From NCBI GenBank assembly GCA_051294905.1, contig CM119372.1, positions 21,516,001 to 21,576,000 on the forward strand: a DNA stretch of 60,000 bases, given 5' to 3'. Source of the DNA: Botryllus schlosseri (lineage: Eukaryota). Under the pieces are notes generated by a model. The model worked only from the letters and a program-made list of their open reading frames with translations. It had not been told where the DNA came from and did no database searches. Positions within the stretch are counted from its first letter, which is position 1. The number at the start of each line of letters is the position of its first letter. A program made the translations under genes and the position numbers. Below, piece by piece: positions 53,245 to 60,000 of this stretch.

Positions 53245-54131
53245 TAGGGCAAGTTTTTGTTGCACTAAAATCGCGAGAAAGTTGCATATAATTTTACCAA
53301 AAGTTGCAGTAAAGAGTTGCATTTGTAATTTTTGTTGAATTATTAGGGTATGAGATACTCGAAAAGCTCCGTTGTATAACCTAATGCCTGCAGAGCTATC
53401 GAATTTGTTACTTCGTCAGTTAACGGTCTGACGAAACCGCCAAAAATTACATTTTTCTCGGCACACAGCAAGATAATTACGCAATGCGGGAATAATTTTT
53501 CCCTAAGAAGCCAAACAGCATAGCGACAACCCCTCCACCTGAAACAAATCGAATAACACACCCCAAACCCCCTTGGTCTGCAGACTTGATCCAAGGCATT
53601 GCAAAAAATCTCACTCTTGACGAATTTAACAAAATCAATAGCGTGAAAAAGGTGACCCAGTGGAAATGTAATTTTCAGCGGTCTCGCCTGGGCGTTCGTG
53701 AAATGGGAAACCATATGAAATTTAAACGACGGAATTCATAAAGCGATCTCTATTTACATATTGTTCGGGCACGGTCTTGCTTGGCAGGGGTAGTTGAACT
53801 TCTTGCTTGCAAGCCATTGTGTCACAGATAACAGTAAGATGCAACTAACCCTTCTTATAGCTCTTTGTTAAGCAAATCAAAGAGAATAGAACCATACTAG
53901 AAATAGTTTATAGCATGTTTTAAAATCACTCCTATACATTTTAACGCAATGTTTGTTATTTGATCAAAGTTACGGTAAGAATTGGCATGAATAATAGAGA
54001 AAAGTTGCAAAAAGTTGCATTATAAAATCCCTCCAAACAGCTTAAACCATCATAGTACGTAGATTTTGGGTATCTAGGAAGCTGTCGGAAGGTGTAAAAA
54101 AAGTTGCAAAAGCTGCAAAAAACTTGCCCTA
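53245..54131. mobile_element. MITE with AAGTTGCA repeats
   Basis: TIR tagggcaagttttt/aaaaacttgcccta; no clean TSD. Confidence 0.7.
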
Positions 54132-54274
54132 GTTATAACTACTTTACCGACAGCGATGTAGGGCGTTCTGATCGTTTCATATCGTATATATCGACTATTT
54201 CCAGTGTAAAGTCGTCCGAAGGTAAATATGCTACATACTTTTCGGAGGTGTTTATTCAATTATGACATAAATGG

Positions 54275-55189
54275 GGGGAGAGGAGGCAGAGATGAGACAC
54301 CCGGGCATTGATTTTGGTGCCGATGGACAGCCAAGTGATCTGTACTCTTCATACGTTCGCTTTGAGTTATATTGAACAATATACTCCTGGATTTCTTGGC
54401 CACCAAAAATCCTTGCTCAAATGTCTCAACTTACGCCCATGTGAGGGTAGCATGAGACACACTGTGTTCAAGAAGCAGCAGCACGCAATTCTTGTTCATT
54501 ATACCCCCAATTCACCCCGAAATGATGAATCAACTAGCGACATCATGAATGAAATATAATAATCATGAAATAGTTAACTTTAAAGGAATTTGTACATCAT
54601 ACAAATTCAAATGACATCGAAAACAAATTAACCATGGGATCCAGCAAAAATAAGTGTTTCGTTATTATTTTGTCATGTAATGTCACATCTGGTCAAGTAA
54701 TAAATAATAATGTATAATGTGTGCTGTGAACAGTTAATTTTGAATATTACGAGGCTTTCAATGGAAAAGTCCTCCGATAACCTTGTCTCAACTTACCCCC
54801 AATGATTTGTCTCATCTTACCCCTGCACCTCCATTGTTGTATGAACTTCAATAAAAAAAATTCTGACTATTACTTTTAAGAGGTAAGTGCACGATAACAC
54901 CGCTAACATTGCACTATGCCAGCCCTAGTAATGTCATTTTATAATATGAAATATTATGATCGATATGCCCTTACAAACATTAATCCACATCACTTGAACA
55001 GACTATAACAATATATTTTTGGCATTTCTCTGCCCAACCTCAAATCTGATTGCCTAGTTAATATGACAGGGCTATAGATGGACATAATGGAAACAACCTA
55101 GATCAAGGAATCTGCTCATTGGAAAATTGTTCTATGAAAAAAATGCACGTCTCATTTTGCCCCGTGTCTCATCTTTGTCTCCTCTCCCC
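54275..55189. mobile_element. ggggagaggag MITE
   Basis: Imperfect ~27-bp TIR ggggagaggag.ca.agatgagacac; partial copy at 3862. Confidence 0.75.
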
Positions 55190-55303
55190 AATATAACTTT
55201 TGAAAAACAAACAATTTTTTTTAATGGCACTTGTTTAAGACATGTTTTTGCAAACACCTCTTGTTTCAAATGCAACCCTACATACCATATTTAATAAATT
55301 TAC

Positions 55304-55375
55304 CGCATCAGCTCTTTCCAAGGACTCCGCATAAACAACCTTCGCCAAGCGGTCCCACTCTTCCAATTCCGTCAT
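55304..55375 (-). CDS. METTL27: Probable METTL27-like exon 1 (MTELEEWDRLAKVVYAESLERADA)
   Basis: ccaaaATG context; GCG|gtaaat phase 0 joins exon 2; gives a 222-aa product; link across a 13.5-kb intron is inferred. Confidence 0.6.
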
Positions 55376-56669
55376 TTTGGCAAGCACTTTGCTAATGATT
55401 TCCTGTGCTGGGTGAACAGCTAATAATTCAAGATATATGCGAGCACCACCAGCTCAAAATATGACAAGTTCCGAATAATCCTCAGCTCTGAAATAAGGAA
55501 GCTGCATACATTGCTTTTTTGGAATATCATCATCGGCATCATTGATGAAAACAGCATAATCTAAGGAAATGTCACCGCTCTGAAGATTACACTAATCTGG
55601 ATTGTAGTGTGTTATCGATAGTACTGGGTATGGACATGATGTGCGAGTTGTCACACATGTGCATTGTGCAATGTATTGGCAAGCAACGCATTATATATTA
55701 CAATGTACTTGCACCAACTTCATATACTCACAATTTATTTACATCATGAGCCATATTAATTATATGCCCACATACACACCATTACATTTTGTATGAAGAC
55801 AGGTAGGCATGCCGATAAAGCTCAGTTATAGTCACCACGTAGCATTATACACGCGATAACAATATAACAATATTCACGTACGTAACATTTAGGCAAACTC
55901 AGCTGATTAGGCATACCTGGCAACAACAATAGTTCTCTAACCTTCTGAGAGTTTATGGGAACAAAGCATTGCGGTTTACATGGCATGGCCTAAGGGCAAT
56001 GGAGTCTCAGGTGATGACAACCACAGTCAATGCATGTGGCATGTTCTGTTCGTGATAGAGCAGTGGTTCTCAAACTTTTTCAGGCACGCCCCCTTGATGA
56101 TAATGAAAATTTTCGTCCCCATCACGCATTATCGTCCTATCAAAAAATACTAAAAAGAGCAACAAGAAAGTTTGCAATCCCAATGCATAGCTTGAGGGCA
56201 TGCAAGGTTATGACTAAATGTCTGTCGAAAGACGCGAAATTCGGACTATACACAGACGAATAATGAAGAGCTGGTGGTAAATCGAGCCGAGCGCGAATAA
56301 CTTTTTAATCGAATAATTTGTCAAAAACAATAACGTGTAATAATAACACGTACCATATACAATATACATGGGCTATTTTAGCAATTAACATAGCTTCTAT
56401 TTCGTGACTTGCGCTTGGGCTCAAACGTAGGCTACCTGTCTGTAAGCAGCCCAACATTCAAACTTGGCACTTTTGCATTAGACAAATCTTTCTGTGCGGG
56501 TCGCAGGTATTCGGCAAGAGACTTGAGCTGCCATAAGATGCCTTTCCTCAGAGTGGCATTATACAGAAATGCGTCCTAATTGAGCATATAGACCTACTAG
56601 GAGTCGCTGTACTTCGACGTCCTACGAAACTTCGATTTACAACCTCGTTTCTTAGATCCAAATGTCATT

Positions 56670-57151
56670 TTGAATAGTATATTTATATTGAAATGAACCC
56701 GAATATTTTCGGCTGACACTCGTCAGGGGTAATCGTCAGCAACTAGTAGAGAATTGGAAAGAACATTGTATATCAACAGTCGTATCACAAAATGTGACGT
56801 CACCAGCATGAAATTTCGAATGAGAGAGTGCTCAATATACTATTTTTAGGTGGTACACGAACTGCTTTTGCTGACAGAGTTTTGGTTGGTGTATTTTGAT
56901 CAAAGTCCACTCCAAGGCACACAAATGGAAGTGTGAACGGCCCCTCCCGACGACGCGAAATGTGTCGTCTCGATAATTATTCGCACAAATCGGATTATGC
57001 AACAGGTGTTTGCCGATGGCAGAATTTATGGCCTTTGCTCGCTCAGCAGCAAGCATGACGACTGTCAGCCGAAAATATTCGGATTCATTTCAATATGAAC
57101 ATACCATTCAATTGTCTATTTAAGTTCTGTACCTCCAAGAAGCTCTTCAAA
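56670..57151 (-). mobile_element. Penelope-like 3' fragment with inverted pLTR piece (57063-57151)
   Basis: ORF 56832-57056 SAIGKHLLHNPIC..HLCALE..HQPKLC, paralogous to ~21165-21382. Confidence 0.9.
56697..56740 (-). ncRNA. Intact minimal type I hammerhead ribozyme
   Basis: Minus strand: gctgacgatt-accc-CTGACGA-g-tgtcagc-c-GAAA-atat-TC-gggt; stem I accc/gggt; AATATT palindrome; loop II complementary to upstream gctgacg. Confidence 0.8.
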
Positions 57152-57175
57152 AGTAATTTTATACTTTGCATATGA

Positions 57176-57719
57176 CAGGAGAAGGCAACTTCTCCGGTTG
57201 GCTGACCGGTTATGGGAATATGAAGCACATGGCGGGCCGGATTACAGAGTATATGCACTAATCTTATTTTATCCACCCATACAAGGAACATATCGTCTTT
57301 AATGTAAGCTTTAAGTTTAAAGCACAGAGACCAAAAACAGTATTTAATGAATTTATTATCAGTAGCTGTTGAAGTCTATCAGACATCTGTGGTCGGCCAC
57401 AGTTGTCAACAAGTTATTTGATCTCTGGCCGCATGTGGTAGCCTCTGTAGGAACCTTTAGTAAAGACTGCACGTGAATATCAGTTATATTGGAACGCAGC
57501 CATGCCTCGTTACTGTTCATGGTCGAAAATATATGTACACCCGAAAAGAGCAAGTAGTTTCATGTCTATCTTTCTCAGGTTGACAAACTTGGATTCATTC
57601 TGTGACGCATAAAATTTGTCAATACTTTCAGAATAGAATTTTACTTTCAGGGTAGAAACTCTCTCAAAATCCATTCGCGGGGCGGATCCGGCCCGCGGGC
57701 GTTATGTTGCCCGTCCATG
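57176..57719. mobile_element. Inverted copy of the 19158-19709 MITE
   Basis: Colinear in reverse; TSD gcatatga/gcatataa. Confidence 0.85.
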
Positions 57720-58565
57720 GCATATAACATGACCTTAAGAAAATATATTTCTCCGTGACTATGTATCTTTCTATGCACTTTGTACAGATGCTTGACAAAC
57801 ATAGCATAAAAGCATCAGCTCTACGAACACCAACATCAATTCACTGGTTACTACTAATTCTGAGACATCTTCTTATCGCTGCAATGTCCAGCATCAGTCA
57901 GATTCTAGCATCGATGTATTATGGATGGTGCGAGGCAACTATAACATTTAAAATCGTAATACAATTAGGATTATTGCCGCTGTTGAAACTTGGACTTTTT
58001 ATTACAAATTAAACCCATTCCGAAACTTCATTTCGTTCAAGCGACTTCGCAACCCCCTTCAGATGCTTTCACGCTTCCTAGTTTGAGAACCACTGTGCTA
58101 GGTACTTCTAAGTCCTAATCGCTTGCTAGTTACAGCAAGAGATTAAATTTAGGCATCCGCTGAGAATAATGATGTAGGCCTATAAAAATTGTAAGTATCA
58201 GATCTACTATCCATGCGCTGCGCCAGTCTTCATGACTACCGAGACGGGCGAGGCCTGTAACTATAGCAGGAGCAGTACCTTTAGTGCAGCCTTGTCCTAT
58301 TATTTTACACCGTTTAGTTTTCGTGGATATTTGTGGACTAATACTATCCAATGCACACGGTTGGCTAACGGAGCCCGGTCCGTATGTCCGCAACTGCGCG
58401 AGTCGATGTAACGTTTATCTTTGCGCTCTGCACCGTGTTTTGTTTACTATTGATCGCAATATCATCGAACCGTTGCTTATCACACAAATACGATTATTAG
58501 ATTTTTCTTCATCACCATTTTGATCAATCCAAAGCACCGGGAGATTGCGATACAATGGCGGGCAA

Positions 58566-59489
58566 TAGGGATGGTGTGAACCTCTGAAAGGTTCAGGTTC
58601 GTGTGAACGTGAACCTTTTTGTAAGGTTCTGTGTGAACGCGAACGTGAACCTCATGACGTCACGTGACGTCATATTGCTAATTCCAACCCTGCATTTCAG
58701 TGAAGTAATAGCCTATATATTAATGTACACGACTCGGTCCACATAACGCCACAATGCTAAAGTACATATTGACGTTTTAAACGTCACCAGTTCTATCAAC
58801 TGGGGCAATCAATTGATATAATCACCCCAGAAAATCAGTATCTTCCATCGCTTTGCCAACAATTTGGACGAGGACTTGCAATGTAATAGATGCTTACGCC
58901 TTAACGGTCAAGGCCAGGCCGGAAAATGTGCGTTCGGCGTCCGAGTATTGCTATACGTTGATATTGAGCAGAGGTTAACAAGTTATACAGCAGTAGCCAG
59001 CATCCCAATCGCACGGATTTGGTTTTTATGATACAATAAACATATGAAATTAAGATTGACCCCGTACGCCTGCTAGATTTTTTACCTCAGACAACGACAT
59101 CAATTTCGTTAATTGGTTGAATAAGCATCATTCGCTGAAGTGTATTTCGCTCTTGATTTTGTGAGATTGCGGGTCAAGCTCACAGAAGAGAGTCACTAAA
59201 TATTCACAAACCGAAAGCTGGATATTTCGAGCAAACGTTTGTAACAAACCAAGTAAAATTGTTGAGATGGTCAAGGTGCATGCTCTTTTAGTGTTGATTT
59301 TTATGCTGCCAACGCCATGCATTGAATGGCCCGTAGTTGAAATGCAATAAATTTCAACCAAAGATGATGTGATATGAAAAAGGTTCACAGTGCAGAACAT
59401 ACCTAGGTTCGTTTGTGAACGTGAACCTCTAAATATCGGAGGTTCACACACAGAACGCGAACGTGAACCTCACGTTCACACCATCCCTA
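58566..59489. mobile_element. hAT MITE with GTGAAC repeats
   Basis: TIR tagggatggtgtgaac; TSD gcgggcaa/gcgggtaa. Confidence 0.9.
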
Positions 59490-60000
59490 GCGGGTAACGA
59501 AAGGAGTCGCATCGACTTGGAATAGTCTTTCAATCAAATACCTCCTTGGATGAAAAAATAATAATAGAGTAGCTTCAAAGTGGACGTTACGGCAGTAACA
59601 GGGCATATATCGGTAAGGAAAATCGATACACAAAGACCGTGACCTGAAACTTCAAGCGCAGAAAATGATTTGAGTAACTCGGTAATTCAGTAGAATCTGC
59701 AAGCTTGTATTTTGTCTTGAAGGTGGATAATGCTGTTTAAACAAAAAACCGTTTCGCCTAATGTTACTGACATAGTGCAGCTAGAATTACCACGGGATGG
59801 TGCAAGCCCCTCAAAGAAGGTTCTTCTTCATGTGAACACGAATTTAATAAAAGGATCGTTGTGTACACGAACCATTGACGCTACAAAGCTAATTTCAAAC
59901 AATACTTTTCCAACTTTTCGAGAGACAAACGTACAGTAGTTTTCTAAAAAGCAAGTACCGCAGGGGTTAAGCACGAACGTGTCAACTTGATCTATGCGGA

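Overview
AT-rich, intron-containing animal DNA (invertebrate, tunicate-like in character; species not determinable here), dominated by nested non-autonomous DNA transposons. Two minus-strand genes can be assembled with GT-AG junctions and matching phases. Gene 1 has 4 exons (19931-19736, 19075-17418, 17263-17031, 12171-11898) and encodes 786 aa: signal peptide, an apparent Ly6/uPAR three-finger domain split by a ~613-aa helical insert, a Thr-rich stalk and a GPI-like tail. Gene 2 is a 5-exon METTL27/WBSCR27-like SAM methyltransferase (55375-55304, 41789-41654, 35095-34984, 34299-34179, 34092-33865; 222 aa) that the ORF track only partly captures. Four Penelope-like (GIY-YIG) retroelement fragments each carry a minimal hammerhead ribozyme motif; one is fully intact (56697-56740, minus). 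Also present: many hAT-type MITEs with 8-bp TSDs, three composite three-ended MITEs, a decayed Sola-like transposase, a CR1/L2-like LINE tail, tRNA-derived SINEs, a possible TPR pseudogene, and a head-to-tail permuted copy of the region upstream of gene 1. All family assignments come from motif recognition by eye, not from database searches.
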